A stretch of DNA of 64,000 nucleotides from assembly GCA_965249575.1 (NCBI GenBank), contig OZ252244.1:1120001-1184000 (forward strand), given 5' to 3'. Within the stretch, counting starts at the first letter, position 1. Every line of letters begins with the position of its first letter. The notes beneath the pieces are model-generated. The model worked only from the letters and a program-made list of their open reading frames with translations. It did not search any database and was not told where the DNA came from. Of the stretch, positions 1-9,682 are shown in pieces. Source of the DNA: Gemmatimonadales bacterium. Its GTDB lineage: Bacteria; Gemmatimonadota; Gemmatimonadetes; Gemmatimonadales; GWC2-71-9. The translations under genes were made by a program, and so were the position numbers.

Positions 1-55
1 ATGCCGTTCTTTTCGCGAGCTTGATGAGGAACGCGCGTCTGTCCTGGATACTCAT
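1..55 (-). CDS. Short peptide ORF MSIQDRRAFLIKLAKRTA..., runs off window edge; candidate RiPP precursor or Tat-like leader
   Basis: ATG at 55-53 preceded by GGAGAG RBS; RRAFL motif; directly downstream of methyltransferase; not in ORF track. Confidence 0.6.
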   Translation of the reverse strand, partial: MSIQDRRAFLIKLAKRTA

Positions 56-156
56 CGAGGCACTCTCCGTCCTATTGCGACACCCACAGCGCGCTGTCGC
101 GGACCCGCAACGTATCACCTGGCGCCGTTTTTTCCGACCTCATCGAAGATCCTGCT

Positions 157-900
157 TCAACCGGCACGCGCTGGCGCTGACCCGGACCGGCCGACCCCGT
201 CATCCCCAAAGCGGGCTCGATAGCCCAACCCGTGAATCGTCGCGTCGGCCTGAAAGGTCCATTCGGCTTCCCCCGCCAATGCCCGCACGTCAGGGAGCGC
301 ATCGAGCCGCATGTCGGCAATTTGTCTGGGTTCGTGAACCAGGTCCTCCGGCTCGACGGGCATGTGAAGGGGCGTGTTACAGAGGTACTCGCGACTTGGT
401 GACCAATCGAGGCCGTAGCGCGAGTCATCGTCGCCAAACCCACCGACCACGCGCCAGTTTTGGTCGGAGTGCACGGGTGCCAGGTAGGTTCGTGCCCGGT
501 CGGGTACGACGCGCGCGCCCGGCTTGAGCGCGTCTCGATGAAGACGCCGTAGTACATCATAGGTACAGCCGTCAATGAGACGCGAGGGATAGTCTTCAAA
601 AATGAGCAGGTCGACCCGCTCGGGGATCTCCACCCCCGGGAACCATCCCCGAATGAACTCGATGCGGTCAGCGTAGCCATTGCGCCGCACGAGCGCCTTC
701 GCAACGCTAACGATCGGGCCGCCCTCGATCGCCCAGACCTTCTCCGCCCCCGCCGCGGCGGCAAAGAGCGAGTAAGTCCCGAGTCCGGCCCCCACCTCAA
801 GGACGCGGTCCCCGGGGCGAACGGTGGCCGTGAGGTAGCGCCGGAACGCCTCGATGCGCGTCGATTGAATGAGCATGCCCCGATAATAGTCCATGCTCAT
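157..900 (-). CDS. Class I SAM-dependent methyltransferase, PRMT-like; C-terminus apparently truncated or rearranged
   Basis: VLEVGAGLG SAM motif, YYRGML...RIEAF, VDLLIFED; ATGA overlap with PqqD stop; similarity ends after HGLGY. Confidence 0.8.
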   Translation of the reverse strand: MSMDYYRGMLIQSTRIEAFRRYLTATVRPGDRVLEVGAGLGTYSLFAAAAGAEKVWAIEGGPIVSVAKALVRRNGYADRIEFIRGWFPGVEIPERVDLLIFEDYPSRLIDGCTYDVLRRLHRDALKPGARVVPDRARTYLAPVHSDQNWRVVGGFGDDDSRYGLDWSPSREYLCNTPLHMPVEPEDLVHEPRQIADMRLDALPDVRALAGEAEWTFQADATIHGLGYRARFGDDGVGRSGSAPARAG

Positions 901-1175
901 ACGAGGAGTCCTTGCCGCTCGAACTCCTGGATCGCCTCGAACACGTCCGACTCGACTTGCTCGAGCGGCGGTGGGTCGTCGAACGCGTCGTGAACGTCGT
1001 TCACGATCTCTTGAATTGTCTGATCGCCGGTACAATGCAGCCACACCACGGCGGCGGTTCGATTGAGGACGTGCAGGTTCTGACCGCGTGGGTCGTAGAC
1101 GACCCATTCCTCATCCAGAGATCGAAAGAGAACGTCTTCCCGCACCGCGGGCATCATACTCCTGCTGGGATCCAC
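897..1175 (-). CDS. PqqD family / RiPP recognition element
   Basis: LHVLNRTAAVVWLHCTG...TIQEI...DVFEAIQEFERQGLL pattern, 92 aa. Confidence 0.9.
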   Translation of the reverse strand: MDPSRSMMPAVREDVLFRSLDEEWVVYDPRGQNLHVLNRTAAVVWLHCTGDQTIQEIVNDVHDAFDDPPPLEQVESDVFEAIQEFERQGLLV

Positions 1176-1209
1176 CGGCCGCTTCCGGAACCGTGAGCAA
1201 AGCGCTGCG

Positions 1210-2034
1210 TCATATCAACGAGATGAGAGCGTCGGCCGCCTCTGCACTGTCTCCAAACGTAACCTCCACGGCGCGCGCCTCGCTCGCAATGCATAACATT
1301 CGATCAAAACATCGGTCGGGGCGCATGCCGGTCTCCATGACGCTCGAGACGAGCAGGTGAGCCGTGCGTGGGCCGTCGAGGGGCTCGACCTGGATTCGAT
1401 CGGTAGCAGCGCGCGTAACGTGCGCAACCAAGCGAATCGGGGAGGCTTCAGCCCACGCGCCGCCGGTTCGTGGATCGTACCAGGCTTCATCCGGATCCGC
1501 GAAGGCATCGAGAAACGGATCCCGCTCGACGTCGTAGCGGTCGAGGCGGTCGCAGGGAACGGTGAAGAAACGCTTGAATGGGAGCGCCACCCCGCCGTCT
1601 CCGACAAAGACCACGTCGTCGCCGAGCACCGGGACCCCCGAGACACTCCAATGCAGGGCAATGGAGCTCTTGCCGGCGCCGGATTCACCGAGCACGACCA
1701 GCCCGCCGCCTGCGCCGACCGCACCGGCGGCGTGGAGATGCGCAACGTCGGTGTCCAGTGCCAGCAGCCGAGTGACCACCAGGTGCTCCTGGGCCTCGAG
1801 CGAGTGCTGGAGGGTGGCAAACGTTTGTGACGCGAGCCCGTGCGGCGCTACGGTCCAGTTGCCGGCTGACTGGCGAAGGTGGTAGAGCTCGGTGGGAGGC
1901 TCGGTGTCCAGGGGAACGACGAAAGAGGGCAGCAAGCGCTTCAGTGAGTCCGCCACCGCCGCCGTCGGGGTCGTCACAACGACGACATCGTGGAACATGC
2001 GAAACGCGGCCCCGTGGCCGAGTCCCGCCGTCAC
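1210..2034 (-). CDS. HPr kinase-related P-loop kinase
   Basis: LHAAG, GESGAGKS Walker A, LGDD motif. Confidence 0.85.
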   Translation of the reverse strand: MTAGLGHGAAFRMFHDVVVVTTPTAAVADSLKRLLPSFVVPLDTEPPTELYHLRQSAGNWTVAPHGLASQTFATLQHSLEAQEHLVVTRLLALDTDVAHLHAAGAVGAGGGLVVLGESGAGKSSIALHWSVSGVPVLGDDVVFVGDGGVALPFKRFFTVPCDRLDRYDVERDPFLDAFADPDEAWYDPRTGGAWAEASPIRLVAHVTRAATDRIQVEPLDGPRTAHLLVSSVMETGMRPDRCFDRMLCIASEARAVEVTFGDSAEAADALISLI

Positions 2035-2041
2035 GGCATCC

Positions 2042-3235
2042 TCAAGGCTGTCGCGTCTCCTGGGGCTCGCCGGCCTTCGCCTGAGAGCCGTCCGGCCTGG
2101 GCGAGACGGGGGAATGGGCAGGCGGCCGGAGCTTGGCCATCACCCGTCCGATATGACGCCTCCACGCGCCGACGTAGGAGCGCGCCTCTGGCCAGCGCCA
2201 CTCGAGGTAGCCCGCCGGTGGCAGAATCGCATCCAGGGCCAACCGCGCACCGGTGCTCACACGGTCGGCTAGGAGAAACCGAGATCGGAAGCGGCGGGGC
2301 GTGATCATCGCCACCTCCTGCTCGCTCGAGCCACCGGCAAGGACCAACCACGATTCCAAGGTCATCTGAGGAGATAGCGAACGAGACCTCCAGTCGGCGG
2401 GTGGCGGGCCGATCACCCCCGGTGCGGGGACCCCAAACTCCCGGGTCAACAAGTCCACGATGATTCGACAGGCCCGCAGCACCTCGAGCTCCTTCGCCAG
2501 CTCTTCGAAGGCCTTCGCGCTCTCCGGAGACATCGTGCGCCACAGAAGCACGAGATCGATCAGTCCGCGCACGTGGAGCAGGTCATGGCGTACGAGGTGA
2601 TGAATGAGGAGCGCGGCGTGGTGGCCATCGTCGGGAAGGGGCAGTGACCCGTTGTGCTCTAACCGCAGCCATACGCTAGCCGGTAGCATGACGTTCGACC
2701 GTGACAGGAGGCGACTCACTGGCTCGATTCCCCAGCGCACATCGAGATCGATTTCCTCTATCTCCGTGCGCCGGGACGGGCGGTACATCCCCAATCCCGG
2801 GCTCATCGCTGGGGGTGCCGGTTGATCGCGGTCAGGATACGCGATGTACCCCAACTGCTGCAACGCACTCAAGCCCGCGCCCTGCTCATTCGGGTGAATG
2901 AAGAGGTCGATATTTCCGACCGCGCGGTCTCCGTAGCGGTACACTCTTCCGAAGAGGGAGACTCCTTTGACGAAGAAGTGCCGAACACCATTCTCCCGTA
3001 GCGACTGCGAAACCTCGACCGCAGCGTCCACCATGACGGCGTGCGAGAGACGCTCGAGCATTCGACGGCCTGGATCGGAGGGCGGGAGTTCCAGACTGCA
3101 CTCGCGGGCGAGCAAGCCGGCGAAACCGAGCCTATCGGCGAGTCGTAGACCGCCGCCGGGCTCGTCGTCCCCGAGCCGAGCGGCAGCCTGGTCGAGCGCC
3201 CCAAGGCAAGTACTCGCTACTGTGCTTGCTTTCAA
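2042..3235 (-). CDS. Nucleotidyltransferase family protein (NTP_transf_5-like)
   Basis: VKG..L...Y....R..GNIDL motif, IDLD, H..HH motif; operonic with kinase and PqqD. Confidence 0.8.
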   Translation of the reverse strand: MKASTVASTCLGALDQAAARLGDDEPGGGLRLADRLGFAGLLARECSLELPPSDPGRRMLERLSHAVMVDAAVEVSQSLRENGVRHFFVKGVSLFGRVYRYGDRAVGNIDLFIHPNEQGAGLSALQQLGYIAYPDRDQPAPPAMSPGLGMYRPSRRTEIEEIDLDVRWGIEPVSRLLSRSNVMLPASVWLRLEHNGSLPLPDDGHHAALLIHHLVRHDLLHVRGLIDLVLLWRTMSPESAKAFEELAKELEVLRACRIIVDLLTREFGVPAPGVIGPPPADWRSRSLSPQMTLESWLVLAGGSSEQEVAMITPRRFRSRFLLADRVSTGARLALDAILPPAGYLEWRWPEARSYVGAWRRHIGRVMAKLRPPAHSPVSPRPDGSQAKAGEPQETRQP

Positions 3236-3263
3236 CTCGCGTTCCGGATGCGGCCGGATCGCC

Positions 3264-6200
3264 TCACATCCGGAACAGGTAGCTCAACTTGACGAAGAAG
3301 CCGTCATTGGTGCGCCGAAGGCTCCGGAAATCGAAGGCCTCCGTCTCGTTGAGGCTTGCACCGTATCCGGCAAAAAGAACCGTCCCCGGATTGGGCCGGT
3401 AGGAGAAGAGCCAGTCCACACGGAAGTCGTTGCTGGTCTGGGCCTGAGTTCGGACGAACGTCCCGTCGCTCTGGCGGAGCAGAATTGGATCGTTGGTGCG
3501 GGAATCGTCCCGAAGCTCGTCCACGAACTGAGCGTCGTACTGGCCGACCAGCCGGAAGAAGATCGCTCGCGACAACTGATACTCGACCTTCAGTCTCGGC
3601 ACCTGCCGCCTCGCCACGGTGCTCCAGTCGGTGACCCGAACGTACATCTGCAGCGGATACCGAAAGTTCACCCGTACCTTGTCGGTTGGGCGCCAGCCAG
3701 CAACGAATGTGATGAAGTTGACGAAGGCCGGCGCCCACTCGAAGAAGTTTTCGTCGCGGCCGCCCAACACCCGCAGGGCACCGGAGAACGTCGAGAACTG
3801 AGGCGTCGTGAGCGAGAGAGAATAGTCGTAGTTGGTGATCCGATCAGTACCGACATACGGAACGGTATCCACCACGCCGGACGAAAGTGTTCGTTCGACG
3901 TAGTAACCCTCGTACAGTCGGGGGTCGTATTTGAACGACTCCCAGAACACGCTGGCCCTGAGCGCCCATCCCCCACGAAAGACGAAGCTGTTGTTGAAGT
4001 GCAGTTTGGGATCGTTTGGGATCGTGCCCTCGAAGAACTGGTCGTAGAACCAGTTCCCCGCCAGTGAGAACCCCGTGGTCCAGCTCTCGAGTGCCGCACC
4101 GGGCCCCCCGAAGAACGTGAAGTCGTGTCGCAGGCCGATGTTGACGTGGTCGGTCCTGCTGACGAAGCCGCTCGCGGCCTGAAAGTCCTGATGAAAAGCC
4201 TGAATGCTGTAGTCGAGGCGGAGGGCGCGACCGGAGCGTCCAAACCGCGCCTCCCATAACGGGGCGTTCGTCGTGATCCCCGCCGATCGACTGAAGCTCT
4301 CGGCAAACTGGAAGCTGGCCGAATAGAGCTCGGCGAACACCAGCCGCATGTCGGCGGCTGCCACCCGATTGTAGTTGTTCCCGTCGATCCGGTCCGTGTA
4401 GACCAGTCCCATGGTCGACTGCGAGCCGAGGTCCCGCTGGACCCGGAGGATGTTGAATATCGGGTTGTCCGTCCCGGTTGCCGAATTGCCCTTACCATCA
4501 ACGGCCGAAAGCAGACCGAGGCTAGTTCCAGAAACTTTCCCGTTCAGCTTGACCGCGGATATGGGACTGACGATCCGGCGCGTGTAAATGAGCCGGTTAC
4601 GGGTCTCAAATTGCTCGGCGCCTTCCAGGAAGAACGGCCGCTTTTCCGGAAAGAAGAGCGCTCGGCGGGGGTCGGTCTGTAGCTGCTGCACATCGGCCTC
4701 GACTTGGGAGAAGTCGGGATTGACCGTGCCGTTGAGGGTGAGGTTCGCAGTCACGCCCCAGCGAACGTTCCCGCCGAGCTCGGGATCGGGCTTCTGGTAA
4801 TCCCAGCCAACACCGCCCGTTCTGGGGACACCGTCCATGCGAGCCGTGAGGACTGGATTGATGTCGAGGATCAGCGCGCGGCTAAACCCAGTGAGCCCAG
4901 TCAACGTGCCGGACTGGCCAAGGAATGACGCGTTGGCCTTGCGCGCACCGGTCCAGGTCTGCTGATGGCCGGAATACTGCACCTGGCGAACAATGTTGAT
5001 CCCCCAGTCCTGGACGGCGGCGGATTGAAATCGAATGCTCTTGAAGGGGATGCGGACCTCGACCTCGTACCCGTTCTCCGTGATCCGTCCCTTGGAGTCG
5101 AACACGAAGTCCTGGTTCAGGTCGACATCGGGTATCGTGCTGGCCTCCTGGGAATTGATCCCGCCCCGCCGTCGTTCTAGCCCCTCGCTCCGGGTTCCGT
5201 CCGCCTGCGCGCCGAGTGGATTGACGGCAAACACCAGCGCGCGCCGTCGGTCGTTGAACGTATCGAGGAGAATCTGGACGTAGTCGTCGCTGCCGATCTT
5301 GTCCCGATCGGCAAGTGTCGCGCGCACGGCACCCGGTGGCGCGAACGCCCGGATACCAAAGTAGATCGCGTCCGCCCCGTACCAGACGAGGACGTCGGTC
5401 GAGTCGTCCGCTGGCAAGCCATCTTGCGGGTTGTACTGCGAGAAACCGGTGAGATGCGCCGCGGCCCCCCACGCCGCCTCGTCGAGCACGCCGTTCACCA
5501 CCACCGCCGCCTCGTGCCGCGGCAACGGCACCGCCAGCTGGCCCGACCGACCCGAGAACACCGCACCCGCACCGATCCCGGCCGCGCCGGTGGCCGCGAG
5601 GGACGGCCCGTTCGTGGGCGCCGCGACCGCCGGCTGCTGCGGCGCGACCCGCTCCGCCCGCGCCGCCGGCGCCCCGTCCACGTACATCACCGGACACGCC
5701 CGCACCTGCCCCCGCCGCCGCACCACCACCCGCCCCGCCCGTCCGTCCGCCAACGCCCGCTGCGCGTCCCGATACGCCCGCCCCCCCCACTCCCCCGCCC
5801 ACACTGCACACAAATCCGTGTAGCCCGCCTCCCCCGGCACCCGTGTCAGCAACACCGCCGCCTCCCCGCCCCCCCACACCGCGTCCTGCGCCGCCGCCCG
5901 CGCCGGCCCAAACCCCCAGTACCACACCGCCACCCCCCGATACCACGCCGGCCGCAACCGCCGCCCCGCCGGATCGTGCTCCAACGTGCTCCCCGCCGGC
6001 ACCACCACCGCCAGCACCATCTGCCCCGTCCCCACCACCCGCACCTGCCCCCGCCGCGCCAACGCCCGAATCACCGCCGCACTGCGCACCGCCACCGGCT
6101 CCACCCCCCCCGCCACCACCTCCACCTCGTACACCCGCCGCACCACGCTGTAGCCCCCCACCCCCGGAATCGTCGAGAAGACCTCCCCTCCCCCCCGCAC

Positions 6201-6479
6201 CCGGTACAACGTCCCCGCCTGCGGCTCCGTCCGCCCCAAATCGTACCACTGCACCGCCCGCCCCTTGTACCACCCGTCCCGCAACGGATAGTGCGTCGCA
6301 AACGCCTCCCCCAACTGCTCCACCGCGCTCCGCTCCACGGGCGTCCAGCCCGCCTGCGGAACTTGGGCGGCAGCCCGAGGTGCCAGCACGAGCGACATCA
6401 GGATCGCCCCCGACCGCGTAACCGGCATCGGGCCCGCCTTGGGGCGCTTCACCGACTGTGGCGCTCCAGCCCACCGCAA
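3264..6479 (-). CDS. CBM9-like + DUF5916-type outer-membrane protein with extra duplicated N-terminal domain; start probably near 6428
   Basis: NGVLDEAAW, NPDFSQVEAD, FFPEKRPFFLEG, C-terminal FVKLSYLFR. Confidence 0.85.
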   Translation of the reverse strand: MRWAGAPQSVKRPKAGPMPVTRSGAILMSLVLAPRAAAQVPQAGWTPVERSAVEQLGEAFATHYPLRDGWYKGRAVQWYDLGRTEPQAGTLYRVRGGGEVFSTIPGVGGYSVVRRVYEVEVVAGGVEPVAVRSAAVIRALARRGQVRVVGTGQMVLAVVVPAGSTLEHDPAGRRLRPAWYRGVAVWYWGFGPARAAAQDAVWGGGEAAVLLTRVPGEAGYTDLCAVWAGEWGGRAYRDAQRALADGRAGRVVVRRRGQVRACPVMYVDGAPAARAERVAPQQPAVAAPTNGPSLAATGAAGIGAGAVFSGRSGQLAVPLPRHEAAVVVNGVLDEAAWGAAAHLTGFSQYNPQDGLPADDSTDVLVWYGADAIYFGIRAFAPPGAVRATLADRDKIGSDDYVQILLDTFNDRRRALVFAVNPLGAQADGTRSEGLERRRGGINSQEASTIPDVDLNQDFVFDSKGRITENGYEVEVRIPFKSIRFQSAAVQDWGINIVRQVQYSGHQQTWTGARKANASFLGQSGTLTGLTGFSRALILDINPVLTARMDGVPRTGGVGWDYQKPDPELGGNVRWGVTANLTLNGTVNPDFSQVEADVQQLQTDPRRALFFPEKRPFFLEGAEQFETRNRLIYTRRIVSPISAVKLNGKVSGTSLGLLSAVDGKGNSATGTDNPIFNILRVQRDLGSQSTMGLVYTDRIDGNNYNRVAAADMRLVFAELYSASFQFAESFSRSAGITTNAPLWEARFGRSGRALRLDYSIQAFHQDFQAASGFVSRTDHVNIGLRHDFTFFGGPGAALESWTTGFSLAGNWFYDQFFEGTIPNDPKLHFNNSFVFRGGWALRASVFWESFKYDPRLYEGYYVERTLSSGVVDTVPYVGTDRITNYDYSLSLTTPQFSTFSGALRVLGGRDENFFEWAPAFVNFITFVAGWRPTDKVRVNFRYPLQMYVRVTDWSTVARRQVPRLKVEYQLSRAIFFRLVGQYDAQFVDELRDDSRTNDPILLRQSDGTFVRTQAQTSNDFRVDWLFSYRPNPGTVLFAGYGASLNETEAFDFRSLRRTNDGFFVKLSYLFRM

Positions 6480-6760
6480 GATCTCGAACGCTTGTCCATA
6501 GATGCGCGCATTCGAACCACCTTTTTCCCGTCACGCCCGCCGCATAGTGGACGTGGTTGGCTCTCTATTTAAAGGATATGGCGGATGGGTCACGCCGTCG
6601 ACCCTCCGGCGTCCTTGCTGCGCACGTCACACCTGGCCAACTTGGCGCGGTACCCTCCGCCGGTCATTTTTCGTTCCGGGGGCGGGCCATCGAGATCCAA
6701 CCGATCATTGCGACCGACCAGGATAATCCGAAGCCCGCACCCGACTCCGTAGGAGACCGA

Positions 6761-7252
6761 ATGGACGTGCTGGTAGCCGACGACGATCCGGCGGTTCGGA
6801 ACGTCCTCACGCGAGCCCTCGGCCGCGCGGGTTTCGTCGTTACCGGCGTTGCCAACGGAGCCGCGGCACTCGCCGAGATTCGCTGGCACCGATACGATGC
6901 GATCGTGTGCGATATCGAGATGCCGCTTCTGGACGGCGTTCGGTTGTACGAACAGATCGAAGCGGAGCAGCCGGAGGCCGCCCAACACGTTCTCTTCGTA
7001 ACCGCACTCGCGGACAACCCCGAGGTTCGCGCGCTCCACGAACGGACCGGGCGGCCGCTGCTCAAGAAGCCTTTCGAGCTACCGGAGTTGGTGAGCGTCG
7101 TTCGGGCGGTCGCAGCCGGGGAGGAGCCGGCACCGTTGGCCAGCGGCTCGACCCGTCGGGATCCGAACGCAGAGGCGAGGACGGCCACCGGCGGGAAGAC
7201 GCCGAAACCAAACCCTCCACCCGGTTCGCCGGCCCCGATCCAATGGGGTTGA
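6761..7252 (+). CDS. Single-domain response regulator (receiver)
   Basis: VLVADDD, CDIEMP..DG, KPF; AGGAG RBS before ATG 6761. Confidence 0.9.
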   Translation: MDVLVADDDPAVRNVLTRALGRAGFVVTGVANGAAALAEIRWHRYDAIVCDIEMPLLDGVRLYEQIEAEQPEAAQHVLFVTALADNPEVRALHERTGRPLLKKPFELPELVSVVRAVAAGEEPAPLASGSTRRDPNAEARTATGGKTPKPNPPPGSPAPIQWG

Positions 7253-7355
7253 GGAGGAGTAGGGAATAGAGAGAGGAGTGTTGCGAGTGAAGCGCAGCGA
7301 GTAGTGAGCAGGAATTTAGTGTTGGTGGCAGGGGTGGTCTGAGGGCAACGTCGAA

Positions 7356-7622
7356 CTACCCCTCCTGCCGCTCGAGCCAGTCGGTCACCGCCGCTTCACA
7401 TTCATCTCGGAGGTTGTCGGTGGGCTCCGCACCGCCTTCAGCTAGCGGCTCGAGCAGCATGAGCAGTACCTGTTCCAGCTGCCGGCGCTCCGCGTCTGGG
7501 TAATCCTTCCAGAGATCATCCACCAAGCCCATGATCCGGAGGGTAGGCGGGAACCCCATCTTGACGAACTTGTCCGGAAGCTTCCTCGCTAGAGCACGGT
7601 CTCGGTCACTCACGCTTGCCAT
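7356..7622 (-). CDS. ~88-aa hypothetical protein, paralog 1 of 4
   Basis: SDRDR..A..L.D.F...W...L..L...T..LR..C..AV pattern shared with 19935, 30830 and 32759. Confidence 0.75.
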   Translation of the reverse strand: MASVSDRDRALARKLPDKFVKMGFPPTLRIMGLVDDLWKDYPDAERRQLEQVLLMLLEPLAEGGAEPTDNLRDECEAAVTDWLERQEG

Positions 7623-7728
7623 GCATCAAGAATACCGGTAATGACATCATCCGGAAGTGCGACCGTCTGGTGCGATTGGGAATCCAATGTTCGGAAACGC
7701 CTACCATACCCCTGGAGGAGGCTTCGGC

Positions 7729-8742
7729 ATGACCGTGCAAGGTCGTGACCGCGACGGCTCTAGCGTTCTCACTGTTGCCGCCGTCGGAGCGTTGTCAACC
7801 ATCCTGATGTTCACGCCCAGCGGAGCGAGCGTCGCCCAATTCCCGCCGGACAGCCTCATGAACCTGCAGGTGCTCCCAGAGGGTATCGAGACCCGAGCGC
7901 TGATCAACACGATGCGCGGCTTCGCATCGGGGCTCGGCGTTCGCTGTCCGTTCTGTCACGTCGGCGAAGAAGGCCAGCCACTGTCTACCTTCGACTTCCC
8001 GAGCGATGAAAGGCCGACGAAGCGCAAGGCGCGCGAGATGCTGCGCATGGTTCAGCGTATCAACACCGAGTTCCTGGCCAACCTCGACGATCGCTCCGAT
8101 CCTCCGATCGAGGTGACGTGTGGGACGTGTCATCACGGCCAGTCACGCCCTCAAACCCTCGAAAGCGTCCTGGTCCAGGCCCACGAGGCCGGAGGTCTCG
8201 ACACCGCAGTAGCGCGATATCGGGTGCTGAGGGACCGGTACTACGGCAGCTCCACCTTCGACTTCAGCGAGCCCACGCTCCGGCGCGTCGCCGAACGCCT
8301 CGAGGATCAGGGGGGCATGGACGATGCGCTCGTCATCCTGGAGCTGAACGCAGAGATGTTCCCTGCCTCGGTGAGGGCGAAACAAAACCTCGTACTCTCC
8401 TCGCTTTGGCGGCGGATCACCGAGCAGAGCGTAGAGGCAGGGATCGCACACTACCACGAGCTCAAGGCGGAGTTCCCCGATCCGGTATTCGCCGCCGATT
8501 TGCTCAACGTGTTGGGTTACCGCCTTCTCGGTAGCCGGCGCGCGCCTGAGGCAATAGCCATCTTCCAGCTCAACGTCGAGATGTTCCCTGGGGACTGGAA
8601 CGTGTACGACAGCCTCGGGGAGGCGTTCATGGGGAGCGGTGACCGCGCGCGCTCCATCCGCAACGAAGCGTGTTGGCCACGCTACGGCGAACGAACTGGC
8701 GGATCTACGGCCCCGGCGGCGCCGCCGATCTGCTCGGCGTGA
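7729..8742 (+). CDS. Secreted diheme c-type cytochrome with TPR repeats; 3' end broken near 8663
   Basis: CPFCH and CGTCH heme motifs, NVYDSLGEA TPR, GGAGGAGG RBS. Confidence 0.85.
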   Translation: MTVQGRDRDGSSVLTVAAVGALSTILMFTPSGASVAQFPPDSLMNLQVLPEGIETRALINTMRGFASGLGVRCPFCHVGEEGQPLSTFDFPSDERPTKRKAREMLRMVQRINTEFLANLDDRSDPPIEVTCGTCHHGQSRPQTLESVLVQAHEAGGLDTAVARYRVLRDRYYGSSTFDFSEPTLRRVAERLEDQGGMDDALVILELNAEMFPASVRAKQNLVLSSLWRRITEQSVEAGIAHYHELKAEFPDPVFAADLLNVLGYRLLGSRRAPEAIAIFQLNVEMFPGDWNVYDSLGEAFMGSGDRARSIRNEACWPRYGERTGGSTAPAAPPICSA

Positions 8743-8804
8743 AGCCGACGACCCTGTCTTCGCGCGTCAGAAAGATGGGGCTCGAGCGACCACGCCCCAA
8801 GTAG
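8664..8804 (+). pseudogene. C-terminal Fis-type HTH remnant of a sigma54-dependent activator
   Basis: Alternate frame reads RSVLATLRRTNWRIYGPGGAADLLGVKPTTLSSRVRKMGL..PK*. Confidence 0.8.
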
Positions 8805-9033
8805 CAACCTCAAAACAACTCTTGCCGGAGATACCGACCCTCGCTGAACCCGCGCGTTCACCAGTGACTTGACGCCAATACTCCAAGGGTCGGTCAACTT
8901 CCATTGCGCCCGTCCGAGTTCTGGGGCAAGTGGCAGGTTGAGGGAAACGTCGTACGCATTCAGGGCACAAAGACCCTACATGCTGATCGCGTGATTCCCC
9001 TGCTCTACCCCGTTGCGGAGCCCGAGCTCACGA

Positions 9034-9115
9034 CCCCCACCGCGGGGGTTAGTGACTCGTAAAAAAGGGTCTGGTTGGCCCCCGGGGGGGTTAAGTGATT
9101 CGCAAAAAAGAGGTC
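9034..9115. repeat. Imperfect tandem direct repeat, each unit starting with a CCCCC..GGGGG palindrome
   Basis: GGGGGTTAGTGACTCGTAAAAAAGGGTC versus GGGGGTTAAGTGATTCGCAAAAAAGAGGTC. Confidence 0.8.
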
Positions 9116-9160
9116 GCGGTCATAAACCTGTTGGAATGAGCTGGCCTAGCCGGAAACGAA

Positions 9161-9196
9161 ACGGCCCCGAACGCCACTCGGACGTTCGGGGCTCGT
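9161..9196. terminator. Stem-loop, terminator-like
   Basis: GCCCCGAACG-ccactcgga-CGTTCGGGGC inverted repeat. Confidence 0.55.
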
Positions 9197-9253
9197 CAGT
9201 ATTTGATGCGTCCTTCGTGCCGCGGCGTGCCTCGAGCCGCTGTCGAGCGATAC

Positions 9254-9382
9254 TCAGTGACTCACGGTGCAATGACGCGCGGGCGCGGCCCCGAGGGCAC
9301 TCTTGACGACCTCTTCCTGGGCGGTCGCCGTGAAGGGGAGCAGCCAGTAGGCGGCCACGAGGGTGAAGGCTGCACGTCGCAT
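9254..9382 (-). pseudogene. Truncated secreted protein (signal peptide plus ~20 aa)
   Basis: AGGAGG RBS; MRRAAFTLVAAYWLLPFTATAQEEVVKSALGAAP then early stop. Confidence 0.55.
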
Positions 9383-9682
9383 GGGACCTCCTGGGAGGGG
9401 TTCGGTAGAGACAATGCCGGGCGGGACCGGGGTTGTCGAAGTGGAGAGATGGGCGGCGGAGTAGGACCGGGAGTCCCTTCGATCAGCTCAGCCCGCCGGA
9501 CTCTATCTCCAAGTCAACTACTCTCGCCCTCTCCGAAGTCTATGCGCAGCTGTTCAGTGACCTACGCCACCACAGTCCGCTCACACCGGTCCTACTGCGC
9601 GGCCGGCTTGCTTTGCTGCCAGGGAGTCGCTCTTCGCCCGTGCGGACGATACAATGGTCGAGGCTCCTTCTCGTTGCCGAGG

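Noticed and set aside
4882..6572. Long Gly-rich, Pro-rich and His/Arg-rich ORFs (550, 382 and 192 aa)
   Set aside because: Shadow frames of the G-skewed DUF5916-type gene; low complexity follows from base composition
7729..8742. Photosynthetic reaction-centre cytochrome (PufC-like)
   Set aside because: Only two heme motifs plus TPR, and no puf/bch genes nearby; a common non-photosynthetic architecture
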